64,000 bases of DNA, taken from NCBI RefSeq assembly GCF_004010195.1, contig NC_057751.1, positions 19,368,535-19,432,534 on the forward strand. Reading direction: 5' to 3'. Both the position numbers and the translations under genes were made by a program. Below the pieces are notes generated by a model, which saw only the letters and a list, made by a program, of their open reading frames with translations, was not told the origin of the DNA and ran no database searches. Below are positions 62,192 through 64,000 of this stretch, piece by piece (within the stretch, counting starts at the first letter, position 1; every line of letters starts with the position of its first letter). This DNA is from Chiloscyllium plagiosum. Lineage: Eukaryota.

Positions 62192-63331
62192 TTTTTTTTT
62201 CAAAAATATACTTTATTCATAAAATAATTTGATGGTCTGGACAGTTGGTCATGCATACATATGTAAACATGTACATACAGAGATCAAAATTTATTATTTT
62301 TATACAGGTCTGTACATTTTTCAATCATATGCCCATATAATTAGCTGAGGCGTCAGCAGAGCCCAAACGACAGCATGGGCCCCCTGTTCTTTGTTAGGCA
62401 GGCAGGCTTTACACAGTGGTCTTTCCCCACCGCGCCTTGGCGGCAGCTGCCCCAAGCTTCAGCGCATCCCTCAACACGTAGTCCTGGACCTTGGAATGTG
62501 CCAGTCTGCAACTCTCAGTCGGGGTCAACTCCTTCAGCTGGAATATCAACAGGTTTCGGACTGCCCAGAGAGCGTCCTTCACCGAGTTGATGATCCTCCA
62601 GGCACAGCTGATGTTCGTCTCGGTGTGCGTCCCGGGGAACAGGCCGTAGAGCACGGAGTCCTGTGTCACAGCGCTGCTCGGGGCGAAACTCGACAAACAC
62701 CACTGCATTGCTCTCCAGACTTCCTCTGCGTAGGCACATTCCAGAAGGAGGTGTGTGACAGTCTCGTCCCCCCGCAGCCACTTCGAGGGCAGCGTGCGGT
62801 GCAGCTGAGAGTCCGGGCGTGCATAAAGGATCTCACAGGCAGAGCACTTCTCACCACCAGCCAAGCCATGTCTTGGTGCTTGTTGGGAAGTTCTGGCGAT
62901 GAGGCATTCTGCCAAATGACTTTGACAGTCTGCTCAGGGAACCGCTCGATAGGATCCGCCCTCTCCTTTTCCCAAAGGGTCTCAAGGACACTACATGCTG
63001 ACCACTTCCTGATGGACTTGTGGTCAAAGGTGTTTTTCTTCATAAATTTCTCCACGAAGGACAAGTGATACGGAACGGTCCAACTACTCGGAGCGTTCCG
63101 CGGCAGCGAGGCCAGGCCCATCCTTCGCAACACCGGGGACAGGTAGAACCTCAGTACGTAGTGACACTTGGTGTTTGTGTACCGGGGATCCACGCACAGC
63201 TTGATGCAGCCACACACAAAGGTGCCCATCAGGGTGAGGGTTGCATTGGGTGTGTTTTTTCCCCCGTTGCAACGGTCTTTGTACATTACGTCTCTTCGGA
63301 CCCGGTCCATCTTTGATCTCCACACGAAGTA
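62192..63331 (-). mobile_element. Young 5'-truncated Tx1-clade LINE (ORF2 C-terminus, 3' UTR, polyA)
   Basis: FVWRSKMDRV...ALPVRSFMH...CPRSGCGG/ETVTHLLLEC (CCHC finger)...ARWGKTTV*, with one frameshift near 62770. AATAAA and an A-tail near 62192-62217. CpGs are retained. Confidence 0.9.
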
Positions 63332-64000
63332 TCCAGGGCAGAGCCCCGGCTCCTCAGACCACACCTCTGTTATGCTAATTTCGGCATTCGGGCCGCTCGT
63401 CAGATGTCAAACCGGTTCTGAAGCAGGTGAAAACCTGACCGAGAGGAGCCGTTTCTGCTCTGAGCGCACTGGTACATGTTTAAGGAGGCGGCAACCGATG
63501 GCGACTCCATCAACTTAGTGGAGTGCACGGTGTTGGTGTTTTGCTACATTAGCAAGTGCGTTGATGATGTCATTGTGTCTGAGACCATCAATTCTTGCCC
63601 CAACTAGAAGCTGTGGATGACCGCAAAGAAGTGTGTGCTACTGACGACCCATGATTCTGCCTTCAGAGCAGATGACAGAGTGGCCATAGCAATAGCAAGG
63701 GCCAAACTGTCCTGGGCCATCAAAGAAGCAAAGCATACATGCGCTAGAGAACATGCAATCTTTTTCAGGACAGCAGTGATATGTGGAACATGTGGAACAT
63801 GTGGAAGGGTATTCAGGCTATGACCAAGCACAGGACAGCATCACCTGCTGTGCTGCCACACTCTCAGGAGTTGAACAACTTCTGTGCACGGTTTGAGGCA
63901 CGAAATGATGTGGCAGCGAGGAGGGACCCCTCTTTCCCCCCCCAAACCCATGACCAGGTGTTGTCTTACTGTGGCTGATGTAAGGAAAATCACTGCAAAG
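63332..64000 (+). mobile_element. Rex1/Babar-type LINE fragment (end of endonuclease to RT linker), running off the window
   Basis: SDHTSVMLI, WMTAK...DSAFRADD...[22 protein letters not shown] and [12 protein letters not shown]. Confidence 0.8.

Noticed and set aside
62391..63068. 225-aa + strand ORF
   Set aside because: Antisense shadow of the GC-rich Tx1 ORF2.

Overview
Repeat-dense vertebrate genomic DNA. The repeat repertoire (HE1-type V-SINEs, shark-type CR1, Penelope and Tx1) points to a shark, probably an orectolobiform such as a bamboo shark; this is inference. The only host coding sequence I can support is the first two exons of a mitochondrial glutaminase on the - strand: 13117-12891 and 2739-2640, splice-phase compatible, GLS2-like. 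Two further CpG-rich promoter-like regions lie at about 34.7-35.1 kb (STAT/ETS/C-EBP/CCAAT motifs, - strand donor) and about 43.6-44.5 kb (+ strand donor). The rest is decayed and nested transposons: many CR1 LINE pieces, six V-SINEs, two Gypsy elements, two solo LTRs, a near full-length L1, Tx1, Rex/Babar and RTE pieces, TA-flanked MITEs, a ~70-bp satellite and one 75-N assembly gap. Two structures stand out. First, a population of short (~95-400 bp) Penelope-derived insertions with 9-18-bp target-site duplications; many fold back as hairpins (one is a 196-bp spacerless palindrome) and several keep an intact minimal hammerhead-ribozyme core. Second, a divergent array of nine ~115-bp tRNA-Gln-like Pol III units at 40.9-42.3 kb. 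All identifications were made by eye, without database searches.
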